Origin: Lysobacterales bacterium
Lineage (GTDB): Bacteria > Pseudomonadota > Gammaproteobacteria > Xanthomonadales > SZUA-5
Reading direction: 5' to 3'
NCBI GenBank assembly: GCA_022844165.1
Contig: JALHMH010000002.1
Span: 192,001-256,000 of the forward strand
Length of the DNA: 64,000 nt
The translations under genes and the position numbers were made by a program. The notes below the pieces were generated by a model, which was not told the origin of the DNA, searched no databases, and worked only from the letters and a program-made list of their open reading frames with translations. Position 1 is the first letter of the stretch, and each line of letters begins with the position of its first letter. Positions 18,808-29,061 of this stretch are shown here, piece after piece.

Positions 18808-21297
18808 TCACGCTTCTGGTGCATTCGCCAACTCTCGGACCAGTTGTGTTGCCAGGTCACCAATTCGGCCACAGGCAATGCTGATGTCCGGATCGGACGG
18901 TGCGGCGCAGATGCCGGTGTGCAAAATGCGCTCGACGGTGCGGCGCTGGGCCGTCAAATTCGACCAGGCCTCTACCTTATGCCATTCCGAAGATTCGGGG
19001 ACACCCATCACCAGGAGCGCCGCGTGGTGCTCGCTTCGCGCCAGATGCAGGCTGGCCAGTAACGTTCGGGCGTAAACGGTCATTGGACGGTGTGGCCCCA
19101 AGGCTTGTACCGATCTATCCACGACGTCCTTGGCGGCGGCAATGGCTTCAACCGACTTCGCATCGATTCTCGAGAGCACGACGACCAGATTGAACTGAAG
19201 TCGGATCGTACTGATGTGGTTGGGCCCCAGCACCGCGCGGTATCTCTCAAGCGCCTCGGAGTAGTGGTGCCGAGCGTTCTCCAACCGCCCTGCGCGAATC
19301 AACGTGCCGGCGAAAGCGGAGCGAGCATCTGCGGCCACAACGCTCGAATTGCCATAGACACCTTCGAGGCGGGTCACCAGCTCATCGAACTCCGTCAGTG
19401 CACTTTCTGCGTTGCCCGACTGCGCTTCCGCCATCAGCAACCGGGTTCGCACACGAAGTTCTTTCGGATGATCTTCTGGCAGGCCGGTAAGCCACTGCGC
19501 CAGTTCGCGGAAGGCAACGGAAGACTCGTCAGGTCGCCCCGAAGTCCGGAGATTTTCTGCGTGGAAAAATCGAGCCTCGAATGCAAGGTCGTCGTTTTGG
19601 CTGCGATCGCCAAGGTCACGAATCAGGGCCTTGAGCAGTTCATCGGCGCGTTCAGAAAGACCAACGTCCATTTCGACACGCGCGGCCACCAGGCGCGATT
19701 CGATGCTCGGCGAAAACTCGAGTGCCTGCATTCGGGCGACCATCGATTGAGCGAGTTCGATATCGCCCGAACGCGCGTGCGCAATCGCACTTGTACGTAG
19801 CAGCCGAAGCTCGACTTCTGGCGAGAGCGCGGTTGCGGGCAGGGCAAGTGCGGGACCAGCCAGCGCCAGTGCCTGACTGTCCGCGGCCAGACCCGCCTCG
19901 ACCGACGCAATGATCTCCGCGAGTTCGGCAAACAGCAGCGGCTGCGTGTCTTTCAGCGCTATCACGCGGGGCGTGGCCGCATCGAGGATCGAGCGCGCGG
20001 TCACCCGGTCGCCGGTGCTTCGTGCCGGATCGGCGCCCAAAAAAGACTCGCGCAGGATCGACACCACTTCGCGGGCGCGGTCGCGCTCCAGCAGCGCGGT
20101 ATTGCGCTCGCGTTCGAGCGCGCCTGCCTGGAACCAAAGCGCGGTCACACCCACCACCAGCAGCACGCCGGCAACAGCCGTGAGCGCTACCGGCAGCCGA
20201 TGCCGGCGGACGAACAAGGCCGCACGATAGCCAACGCCGGTGCGCCGCGCCTGGATCGGGCGTTGCTGCAAGTACCGCTGCAAATCCGCCTCGAGCGCGG
20301 CGGCATTGGCAAACCGTTGCGTCGGCGTCTTGTGCAAACACATGCCAACGATCGCATCGAGATCGCCACGCAGTTGCGCGGCGAACGGCAGGCGCGAGAC
20401 ATCGCTGACCGGCGCCGGGGCGACATGCAAAATCAGCTTCTCGATCTCGGCTGCGCGCAATCCCTGGAAATCGAACGGCGCACGGCCAGCGAGCAGTTCG
20501 TAAGCCAGCACGCCCAAACCATAAACATCGCTGGCAACGCCCACGGCCTGCCCCAACCATTGTTCGGGGGCACTCACGCTCGGCGTCAGGAACCGCTCCG
20601 CGGTGCCGGTGGCGGCCGAATCGGTCAGCGATTTGGCGATGCCAAAATCCAGCAGCTTGGGTGTGCCGTCGGCTGTCACCAGCACATTCGAGGGCTTGAT
20701 ATCGCGATGGATCACCAGTCGATCGTGCGCATGCGCGACGGCATCGACGATGGCTGCCAGCAACTCGACGCGCGCGCGCAAACCCAGACGGTGGCGTTCG
20801 CAGTACTGCAACAGCGGTTCGCCATCGATCGCCTCCAAGACCACGTAGGGCGAGCCATCCGGCAGGCTCGAGGCGTCGATGAAGCGGCAGATGCCGGGAT
20901 GATCGAGTGCCGCCAGATGCCGACGTTCGGCGAGAAAACGCGACAGGAATACGCCCGACACGCGGTCGCGCCGGATGAGCTTGATCGCCACCTGCGTGCG
21001 CAACCCGTCGATATCGCGCTCGGCCAGGTACACCGTGCCCATGCCACCCTCGCCGAGGCGGCGCACGACGCGATAAGCTCCAATGTCGGTCGGATCGCCG
21101 ATCAATGCACCGAGCGCCGCCGGTGCCGCAGCATCGAGCGGGCTCGGCTGTGCATCGCGCCCGAGCAGACCGCGCACGCGTGCGGCGAGCGCCGGTTCGG
21201 TGGTTTCGATGGCCATCAGAGCGCTGGTTTGTTCTTCAGTCGGCAAGTCCACGACGTCGATGAAAATCGCCAGCGCACGTTGCTCGAAGGTGCTCAT
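18808..21297 (-). CDS. Hanks-type Ser/Thr kinase with TM segment and TPR-like periplasmic region
   Basis: GEGGMG, AIK, HRDIKPSN, DFG and APEQ motifs, then a TM segment and helical repeats. Confidence 0.95.
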   Translation of the reverse strand: MSTFEQRALAIFIDVVDLPTEEQTSALMAIETTEPALAARVRGLLGRDAQPSPLDAAAPAALGALIGDPTDIGAYRVVRRLGEGGMGTVYLAERDIDGLRTQVAIKLIRRDRVSGVFLSRFLAERRHLAALDHPGICRFIDASSLPDGSPYVVLEAIDGEPLLQYCERHRLGLRARVELLAAIVDAVAHAHDRLVIHRDIKPSNVLVTADGTPKLLDFGIAKSLTDSAATGTAERFLTPSVSAPEQWLGQAVGVASDVYGLGVLAYELLAGRAPFDFQGLRAAEIEKLILHVAPAPVSDVSRLPFAAQLRGDLDAIVGMCLHKTPTQRFANAAALEADLQRYLQQRPIQARRTGVGYRAALFVRRHRLPVALTAVAGVLLVVGVTALWFQAGALERERNTALLERDRAREVVSILRESFLGADPARSTGDRVTARSILDAATPRVIALKDTQPLLFAELAEIIASVEAGLAADSQALALAGPALALPATALSPEVELRLLRTSAIAHARSGDIELAQSMVARMQALEFSPSIESRLVAARVEMDVGLSERADELLKALIRDLGDRSQNDDLAFEARFFHAENLRTSGRPDESSVAFRELAQWLTGLPEDHPKELRVRTRLLMAEAQSGNAESALTEFDELVTRLEGVYGNSSVVAADARSAFAGTLIRAGRLENARHHYSEALERYRAVLGPNHISTIRLQFNLVVVLSRIDAKSVEAIAAAKDVVDRSVQALGPHRPMTVYARTLLASLHLARSEHHAALLVMGVPESSEWHKVEAWSNLTAQRRTVERILHTGICAAPSDPDISIACGRIGDLATQLVRELANAPEA

Positions 21298-21857
21298 GCG
21301 GCCAGATATTCACCCAGCCACGCACGCGCAAAACGCCACTGCCGCCCCACGGTGGCGACCGACGACATCATCGCCTGCGCAACCTCTTCGACCGCCATGC
21401 CGGCAAAAACCCGCATCTCGACCACTTGCACGCAGCGCCGATCCACCTCGGCCAACGCGGTCAGCGCCTGATCCAGTTCCAGCCAATCGATGCCGTTGGT
21501 CAGCGCCATCGCTTCTTCGGCTGCGCCCGTCAACTCCACTTTAATCACATCGCCGCCGCGCTTTTCGCTTTTGCGCTCGCGCAAATGATCGATCAGGATG
21601 TAACGGATCACGGTCGCCGCGATCGCAAAAAAATGCTGCCGATCCTGCCAATCCACCTTCTGCTGGCGATGCAGGCGCTCGTACGCCTCATTGACCAGTT
21701 CCGTCGCCTGTAAGGTCACCGGGCCGGTAAAGCGCTGCAACTGCACACGCGCCAACGATTGCAGGGTTGGATACACCGCACGAATCAACGCCGGCTCCAC
21801 CGAGCGATCGCCGGCTTTCCAAATCGCCAACAAGCTGGTGACATCGACTTCGGTCAT
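21294..21857 (-). CDS. ECF sigma factor of the kinase-associated type (TIGR02999-like)
   Basis: TLQATELVNEAY, WQDRQHFFAIAA, KRGG and WRFARAWL. Its stop overlaps the kinase start (ATGA). Confidence 0.93.
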   Translation of the reverse strand: MTEVDVTSLLAIWKAGDRSVEPALIRAVYPTLQSLARVQLQRFTGPVTLQATELVNEAYERLHRQQKVDWQDRQHFFAIAATVIRYILIDHLRERKSEKRGGDVIKVELTGAAEEAMALTNGIDWLELDQALTALAEVDRRCVQVVEMRVFAGMAVEEVAQAMMSSVATVGRQWRFARAWLGEYLAA

Positions 21858-22201
21858 GATTGCTCCAGGCAAACGCCACATGCTCACCGGCAGACGGCCA
21901 AAGATACTGCCTGACGCTACGAACGCCCCAGGTCAGACGCCAGCATGAGCGCGAAGTTCACAATTCCCAGTACGTTCGACCGCGGCAAATCGTTGCAAAT
22001 CGAGCTGTTGCGAGCACAAGGATGACATTGCCCCTCAGGATTTGGCATTGCTTTCCGAACGCCAGCTTATCTCCGGCGATGTATGACAATCTGTCGATGC
22101 ACTTACCAAAAGCTTAAGTTTGGGTTAATTTCTCACCCCGAATCGATCTGGTCGCCGACGTGGCCCGGTTCCTGAACAACAATCTTTTGGGAGTTATGAC
22201 T

Positions 22202-25156
22202 ATGTTCGTAAGAAATTGCCTGGCGGCCAGCATCACGCTGACGCTTGCCGGCGTTGTGGCGCAACCGACGCCGTTATTTGCGCAAAATGGCGAAGAGGCT
22301 GAGACCCTCGAAACCGTTGAGGTACTGGGTTCGCGCATTCGTCGCGCAGAACAGGAGACCTGGCAGCCCGTTACCAGTATCGATCGCGCGGATCTGGAGC
22401 GCACCGGTCTGACTTCCGTTGCCGACGTGTTGCGCGAGATCAGTGCCAACGGTCCGTCGCTCAGCTTGCAAACCAACAACGGCAACACCTCGGGCAATTC
22501 CAGTGTCAACCTGCGCAACTGCGCATCGAACCGTACGTTGGTTTTGGTCAACGGCAAACGTTGGGTCAGCAATAACGGCTTGGCCGGTACGGTGGACCTG
22601 GGTTCCATTCCGCTGGCGGCGGTTGACCGTATCGATATCCTGAAAGATGGCGCCTCGGCCCTGTATGGCTCCGACGCGCTGTGCGGCGTGATCAACCTGC
22701 AAACGCGCACCGGCTTCGAGGGCATGGTCGTCGATGCGTATTACGGCCAATATGACGAGAGCGACGGCGACCGCGAAGCGATCTCGGTGACGATGGGTGG
22801 TAGCAGCGCCGACGACAAGTTTTCTGGCATGTTGACCGCCAGCTTCGTCGACCAAAAACCGGTGTTTGCGGGCGATCGCGAGATTTCGGCCGTCCCGTTG
22901 TTCGGTTTTCCGGCCAACACCTCGTCGCCGGGTCGCGCCAGCCCCGTCGGCCCATTCGGTAACTTCACGCTGAGTGGTCGCAACTTCACGCTCGATCCGT
23001 CCCGCCCTGGCTGCCGACCGAATCAAGTCTGTGCACCGGGCACGCAGAGCGATTTCCGCAACTTCAACTTCATCACCGATGGCTACAACTTTGCGCCGGA
23101 GAATTACCTGCTCCAGCCGCAAAAGACCTACAGCGTCTTTGCCACTGGCGACTATGCGATCAGTGATTCGATCCGCGCCAAGGCCGAAGTGTTCTACACC
23201 AATCGCAATGGCGATGCGCAACTGGCAGCCCAACCGCTGAGCCCGCTGACGATCTCGGCGCAGAGCATTTACAACCCGTTTGGCGCCAATATCACGGGCG
23301 CCGCTTTCCGCCCAATCAACTTCCCGCGCATTTTCGGGCAAGACCAGGATACGTGGCGCTTCACCACGGGTCTGGAGGGCAGTTTCGAGTTCGGCGACCG
23401 TTATTTCTACTGGGATGTGGGCTACAACTACGCCGATAACAAACAGGTCCAGGTCAAGGACGGCTTTTACTTCACCACGCGGGTCAACAATGCTACCGGC
23501 CCGTCGTTTATCGATACCCAGGGAATTCCCCGCTGCGGAACCCCGACGGCTGTGATTGCCGGTTGCGTGCCGATGAACGTCATGGGCGGTGCCGCCGGTT
23601 TCACACAGGCGATGTTCGACAATGTGGCCGTGTCGCCGCGCAACTTGCAGCAGTCGTCGATGACCTCGATCACTGCGAACTTGTCGGGTGAAGTTATCGA
23701 CCTGCCAGCCGGCCCGTTGGCTTTCGCCTTCGGTTTGGAACGCCGCAAAGAAGAAGGATCGGACAATCCGGATCCGCTGACCAACGCCGGTTTGGTGCTG
23801 GGCGACAACCCAGTCACGCCAACACGCGGTGCATTCGACGTCAACGAAGCCTATTTGGAATTGAGCGCGCCGCTGCTGAGCGATGCGCCGCTGGCCAAAT
23901 CGCTGGAAGTCTCGTTGGCCGCACGGTACTCGGATTTCTCATCCTTCGGTTCGACAACGACGCCGAAGTTCAGCGTGCGCTGGCAGGTCATCGATGAGTT
24001 GCTGATTCGTGGATCGTGGGGCGAAGGCTTCCGCGCGCCGTCAGTTGCCGAGTTGTTCCAAGGCAATGCGACCGGTCGTCCGGCGTTCCAGGATTTGTGT
24101 TCGTCGTCGAATCCGTTGTTCGTCGCCAATGCCAGCACGCGTCAACGTTGTGCCGAAACCGGTGTCCCGGCGGGTTTCGTATCGCGGCTCAGCCAGACCT
24201 TCCTGACCACCGGCGGCAACTCGGACCTGCAACCGGAAGAGTCGGTTTCCAAGACGTTAGGCGTCGTTTATTCGCCGGAATGGATGGAAGGTTTGGATCT
24301 GTATGCTGACTGGTACAGCATCGAGATCGAAAATTCGATCGGCGGGTTCGGCGCTAACGCGATCCTCACTGGCTGCTACTCGCAGCTCAATGACGCGCGT
24401 TGTGCGCTGATCACGCGAGATCGCACGGGCGCCGTCAACGGTAACCCAGGCGAAATCTCGAATATCGACTCGCGCAATCTGAACTTCCTGGGCGGATTGG
24501 AAACGGATGGTTTGGACTTCGGTGGTTCCTATCGCTTCGAAATTGGCGATTGGGGCACACTGACGACGCGATTCGATAACACGTACGTCAACTACTTTGG
24601 CGATATCGATAAGCCGGAGCGTGGTGAGCTGAATCGCGACGGCGATATCTCGGGGGGCAATCTGGTGGGCACGCTGCCCGCCGGTTCGTCCGCCGGTGCG
24701 CCGCGGCACCGCCTGCGGTCGAACCTGAGCCTGGTCTGGTCGATCGAAGATTTCACCGTATCGACCACACTGGAATATCGTAGCCGCATCAATGAGTCCT
24801 GCAACAATGTGGTCAATACGGCCAACGCACTCGGTGCTGTGGACGCAAACTTCCGTGCGCTGCGGGATCTTTGCAGCGACCCGGACCGCGTGATTGATTT
24901 GTACTCGTTTGTGCCGGGCACGAGCACGGTGCGCGCGACACCTGGTCCTTCGCCACGGAACTCGCTCGGCGGCACCACGTATACGCACCTGCAAGGCTCT
25001 TGGAAATCGCCGTGGGACGCGACGGTCACGCTGGGCGTGCGCAACCTTTTTGAGAAGGATCCGCCGTTTTCGTCCGACGCTTTCGCAAACTCGTACGATG
25101 CCCAGTACCTGATTCCCGGTCGGTTCTTCTACATGAACTATATCCAGCGCTTCTAA
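22202..25156 (+). CDS. TonB-dependent receptor
   Basis: Signal peptide, TonB box ETVEVLGS, plug motif ILKDGASALYGSDA and a terminal Phe. Alternative start at 22196. Confidence 0.95.
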   Translation: MFVRNCLAASITLTLAGVVAQPTPLFAQNGEEAETLETVEVLGSRIRRAEQETWQPVTSIDRADLERTGLTSVADVLREISANGPSLSLQTNNGNTSGNSSVNLRNCASNRTLVLVNGKRWVSNNGLAGTVDLGSIPLAAVDRIDILKDGASALYGSDALCGVINLQTRTGFEGMVVDAYYGQYDESDGDREAISVTMGGSSADDKFSGMLTASFVDQKPVFAGDREISAVPLFGFPANTSSPGRASPVGPFGNFTLSGRNFTLDPSRPGCRPNQVCAPGTQSDFRNFNFITDGYNFAPENYLLQPQKTYSVFATGDYAISDSIRAKAEVFYTNRNGDAQLAAQPLSPLTISAQSIYNPFGANITGAAFRPINFPRIFGQDQDTWRFTTGLEGSFEFGDRYFYWDVGYNYADNKQVQVKDGFYFTTRVNNATGPSFIDTQGIPRCGTPTAVIAGCVPMNVMGGAAGFTQAMFDNVAVSPRNLQQSSMTSITANLSGEVIDLPAGPLAFAFGLERRKEEGSDNPDPLTNAGLVLGDNPVTPTRGAFDVNEAYLELSAPLLSDAPLAKSLEVSLAARYSDFSSFGSTTTPKFSVRWQVIDELLIRGSWGEGFRAPSVAELFQGNATGRPAFQDLCSSSNPLFVANASTRQRCAETGVPAGFVSRLSQTFLTTGGNSDLQPEESVSKTLGVVYSPEWMEGLDLYADWYSIEIENSIGGFGANAILTGCYSQLNDARCALITRDRTGAVNGNPGEISNIDSRNLNFLGGLETDGLDFGGSYRFEIGDWGTLTTRFDNTYVNYFGDIDKPERGELNRDGDISGGNLVGTLPAGSSAGAPRHRLRSNLSLVWSIEDFTVSTTLEYRSRINESCNNVVNTANALGAVDANFRALRDLCSDPDRVIDLYSFVPGTSTVRATPGPSPRNSLGGTTYTHLQGSWKSPWDATVTLGVRNLFEKDPPFSSDAFANSYDAQYLIPGRFFYMNYIQRF

Positions 25157-25179
25157 GCTGAATTGTCCGGCGGATTTTT

Positions 25180-25210
25180 AGGCGGCCTCGGCAACGAGGC
25201 CGCTTTTTTT
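25180..25210 (+). terminator. Rho-independent terminator
   Basis: GGCGGCCTCG-gcaa-CGAGGCCGCT followed by a T run. Confidence 0.9.
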
Positions 25211-25396
25211 GGTGCGCCCCGGGGCCCATGTCGTCGAAGCCTGGTTCTTGCACGGAGAGCTTTGACGTCGATCCGACGGGCATCGGCGTTATTCCCGGGG
25301 TGATCCTCACCCGTGCCATGGTGCTGCCGGCGACCCGATCCGTGAACTTGGCGGCGATGCCGGGTAGTCTCGGCACTCTCGCGCTGCGTTCGACCT

Positions 25397-28300
25397 TTGC
25401 CATTGACCGTGCCGTTCGTCCACCTGCGGTTGCACACCGAGTACTCGATGAGCGACTCGACGTTGCGCATCGAAAATCTCGTGCCGAGCGCAGCGGCGGC
25501 GCGCATGCCGGCGCTGGCCATCACCGATGACGTTAATCTGTTCGCGTTGCTCAAGTTTTCGCAGGCCTGCGAGAAGGCGGGTGTGCAACCATTGGCCGGC
25601 AGCGATGTCTGGGTTCAGGACGGTGCCGAAGCGTATCGGCTGACGTTGCTGGTCACCAATCGGGTTGGTTACAAACACCTTTGCCAGTTGCTGTCGCGCG
25701 GCTATTCCCAAGGTCGCCAGTTGGATCGCGTCGTGCTAAAGAGCGAATGGCTGACGGAGCGTAACGCCGGACTGATTGCGTTGTCGGGTGGTGTCGATGG
25801 CGAATTGGCGCACCTTGTTGCCGCCGGGCAGCACGATACCGCCGTGCTAAAGCTGAAACGCTGGATGCGCTTATTCCCGGATGCGTTTTATGTCGATCTG
25901 TCGCGTTGCCAGCGTGGCGACGAGCATCAGATTACCGCCAATCTGGCGCGATTGGCGAGCGAAGCGGGATGCCCGTCAGTTGCGACCAACGACGTGCGCT
26001 TTCTAAAGCGCGAAGACTTTCAGGCGCACGAAGCGCGCGTGGCAATTGCCCAGGGCTGGACGTTGTCCGATTCACGTCGACCCAAACGCTACAGCCCTGA
26101 GCAGTACTTGAAGAGCCCTGATGAAATGGCGTTGTTGTTTGCCGATATGCCAGAAGCGCTCAGCAACACCGTCGATCTGGCGCGACGCTGCACGTTCTCG
26201 CTGCAGACCGGCACGTACTACTTGCCAGATGTTCCCACCCGCGCGGGAGAAACCGCCTCCGAGCGATTGCTACGCGAATCCAGGGAGGGCCTGGCAAAGC
26301 GCCTCGAGAAACTGCGCGCGGCCAAAGTGCTGGCGGGGGAGGAGGCTGGATATCACGAACGCCTCGAACGCGAGGCAGGCGTGATCGCGGCCATGGGCTT
26401 CCCCGGATATTTTTTGATCGTGGCCGACTTCATCGGCTGGGCCAAACAACATGGTATCCCGGTCGGTCCGGGACGCGGCTCTGGAGCGGGTTCGCTGGTC
26501 GCATATGCGCTGGGTATCACCGATCTGGATCCACTGCGATATGAGCTGCTGTTCGAACGCTTCTTAAATCCCGAGCGTGTCTCGATGCCGGACTTCGACA
26601 TCGACTTCTGCATGGAGCGGCGCGATGAAGTGATCCGCTATGTGCGTGGCGCCTACGGAGCGGACAAGGTTGCGCAGATCATCACCTACGGCACGATGGC
26701 GGCAAAAGCCTGTGTGCGCGACGCCGGGCGCGTGCTTGGATTGCCGTTTCCCGCGGTCGACTCTATCGCCAAGCTGATTCCGATGCGGCCATTGGATATC
26801 ACGCTCGAAGATGCACTGGGTTTGTCGGAAAAGTCGCAGAAGGAACCGGAGCGGGTTTCGCCCGATCTGAAAGCGCGATTCGCCAATGAAGACGATGAAG
26901 CGCGCACCGTACTGGATCTGGCGCTGGAACTCGAAGGGCTGGTGCGCAATGCCGGCAAACACGCCGGTGGTCTGGTGATTGCGCCGACCGCTCTGACCGA
27001 CTTTACGGCGTTGTACGTCGAAGCCAAGGCCGATGCGGCTAACGATTTGCCGGTCACGCAATTCGACAAGGACGATGTCGAGTCGATCGGTCTTGTGAAG
27101 TTCGACTTTCTCGGCCTGCGAACGTTGACGATCCTCAACTGGGCGATGGCGGCGATCAACACGAGGCGCGCCGCCGAAGGTTTGGAGCCGCTCGACATCG
27201 ACTGGCTGCCACTCGGTGATCGGGCGACCTACGAGCTGTTTTCGCGCGGCGATACCGTGGCCGTGTTCCAGTTCGAATCGGGTGGCATGCAGCGCTTGCT
27301 GAAAGACGCCAAGCCCGATCGTTTCGAAGATTTGATCGCGCTGGTATCGCTGTATCGACCAGGGCCAATGGAGTTGATTCCGAGCTTCTGCGCACGCAAA
27401 CATGGCCGCGAGGAAATCGCCTATCCCGACCCGCGCGTCGAGCCGATCCTGAAAGAGACCTACGGCATTATGGTCTATCAGGAACAGGTGATGCAGATGG
27501 CGCAAATCGTCGGCGGATACTCGCTCGGCGGCGCCGATTTGTTGCGCCGTGCGATGGGCAAGAAAAAGCCCGAGGAAATGGTCAAACATCGCGGCATCTT
27601 CCGCAGCGGTGCTGAGAAAAACGGTGTTGCCGAGGCCAAGGCCGACGCCATCTTTGATCTGATGGAGAAGTTCGCCGGCTACGGCTTTAACAAGTCGCAC
27701 GCCGCCGCCTATGCGCTGGTGGCCTATCAGACTGCCTATCTGAAGACGCACTATCCAGCCGAGTTTTTGGCTGCGACGTTGTCATCCGATATGGATCGCA
27801 CCGAGGCGGTCGTTGAGTTCCTGAACGATGCGCGCGTACGTGGCATCAAAGTGCTGACCCCCTGCGTCAACCACTCGGTATTTCACTTCAAGGCACTGGG
27901 CAAGACCGTTCGTTATGGCCTGGGGGCGATCAAGGGCGTTGGCGTTCCCGCCAGTGAGGCGATCGTGCGCGAGCGCGAGCGCGGCGGACCCTTTCGCGAT
28001 TTGCAGGATTTTTGTTTGCGCGTCGACATGAGCAAGCTCAACCGGCGCGTCCTCGAAGCGCTGATTGCCGCTGGCGCTCTCGATGCACTCGGCCCGCATC
28101 GTGGCGCACTGCTGGCCGGGCTACCCGACGCGACCAAGGCCGCCGAACAGCGCACGCGCGATGGCGCGGCTGGTCAGGTCGACCTTTTTGGCATCGGCAG
28201 CGCCGTTCCATCTGCGCCGATCATCTTGCCGGACGTGCCGCCGCAACCGATGCTGGATTTGCTTGAGGGCGAAAAGCAGACGTTGGGCTGGTATGTGTCG

Positions 28301-28918
28301 GGGCATCCGCTGGATGTGATCGCGCCATGGTTACCGGAGATCACGAGCGGTAGCTTGATGGAGGTCGCCGCACGCGCGCCGAGAGACAAAAAGGGCCGAT
28401 TCGGCGAAGTTGCGGCCACGATTGCCGGCATGGTCGGCCCGATGCGGCGCAAGGGCGATAGCGCATTCGTACAGCTGCAAGATCGATCCGGCAAACTGGA
28501 AACGCGCTTCTCGGGCGAAGCCTATGCCGAGTACGGCGGATTGATCGATGCGGCCGACATCCTGGTGCTCGAAGGCCAGATTGCATGGGACGAATTTCTG
28601 AATGCGCCGATTTTGCGCGTCCGCCGCGCGCAGAATCTAACCGATGCCACGGCGAGCGCAGCACGTTCGCTCAAGGTGCGCCTGACTGATCCGGCTGCGA
28701 ACATTGTCGAGCGTTTGAAGACGGTGCTTCGCGCCAGTCGCGGCGGCACACGCGTGCGCATCGACTTCAAGCGTGGCAATAGCGAAATGAGTTTCGATTT
28801 GGGCGACGACTGGCGCGTGCGCGCGACACCGGCGCTGCTCGACGCCTTGCGCGGCTTGCCGAGTTGCGAGGCCAACATATTGTTTGCGCGGCAGATGGCC
28901 GAGAGCCTGGCGGCCTGA
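25397..28918 (+). CDS. dnaE: DNA polymerase III alpha subunit
   Basis: FVHLRLHTEYS, GPGRGSGAGS, SMPDFDIDF and FNKSHAAAY. Confidence 0.97.
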   Translation: MPLTVPFVHLRLHTEYSMSDSTLRIENLVPSAAAARMPALAITDDVNLFALLKFSQACEKAGVQPLAGSDVWVQDGAEAYRLTLLVTNRVGYKHLCQLLSRGYSQGRQLDRVVLKSEWLTERNAGLIALSGGVDGELAHLVAAGQHDTAVLKLKRWMRLFPDAFYVDLSRCQRGDEHQITANLARLASEAGCPSVATNDVRFLKREDFQAHEARVAIAQGWTLSDSRRPKRYSPEQYLKSPDEMALLFADMPEALSNTVDLARRCTFSLQTGTYYLPDVPTRAGETASERLLRESREGLAKRLEKLRAAKVLAGEEAGYHERLEREAGVIAAMGFPGYFLIVADFIGWAKQHGIPVGPGRGSGAGSLVAYALGITDLDPLRYELLFERFLNPERVSMPDFDIDFCMERRDEVIRYVRGAYGADKVAQIITYGTMAAKACVRDAGRVLGLPFPAVDSIAKLIPMRPLDITLEDALGLSEKSQKEPERVSPDLKARFANEDDEARTVLDLALELEGLVRNAGKHAGGLVIAPTALTDFTALYVEAKADAANDLPVTQFDKDDVESIGLVKFDFLGLRTLTILNWAMAAINTRRAAEGLEPLDIDWLPLGDRATYELFSRGDTVAVFQFESGGMQRLLKDAKPDRFEDLIALVSLYRPGPMELIPSFCARKHGREEIAYPDPRVEPILKETYGIMVYQEQVMQMAQIVGGYSLGGADLLRRAMGKKKPEEMVKHRGIFRSGAEKNGVAEAKADAIFDLMEKFAGYGFNKSHAAAYALVAYQTAYLKTHYPAEFLAATLSSDMDRTEAVVEFLNDARVRGIKVLTPCVNHSVFHFKALGKTVRYGLGAIKGVGVPASEAIVRERERGGPFRDLQDFCLRVDMSKLNRRVLEALIAAGALDALGPHRGALLAGLPDATKAAEQRTRDGAAGQVDLFGIGSAVPSAPIILPDVPPQPMLDLLEGEKQTLGWYVSGHPLDVIAPWLPEITSGSLMEVAARAPRDKKGRFGEVAATIAGMVGPMRRKGDSAFVQLQDRSGKLETRFSGEAYAEYGGLIDAADILVLEGQIAWDEFLNAPILRVRRAQNLTDATASAARSLKVRLTDPAANIVERLKTVLRASRGGTRVRIDFKRGNSEMSFDLGDDWRVRATPALLDALRGLPSCEANILFARQMAESLAA

Positions 28919-29061
28919 CATCGCGCTGGCGGACGTTTCTTTGACCGCAGCTAAGTATCCTCTGCAATCACTTGCGCGACAGCGCGATCGCCCTGGGTAT
29001 GCAAGCATCTGCGCTACGTTCCTGTCGCCTCCCACTGCACTCAAGCCCATTTAGGACCACT

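Noticed and set aside
25397-28918. Intein in dnaE
   Set aside because: Length and motifs are continuous, with no C...HN insertion.
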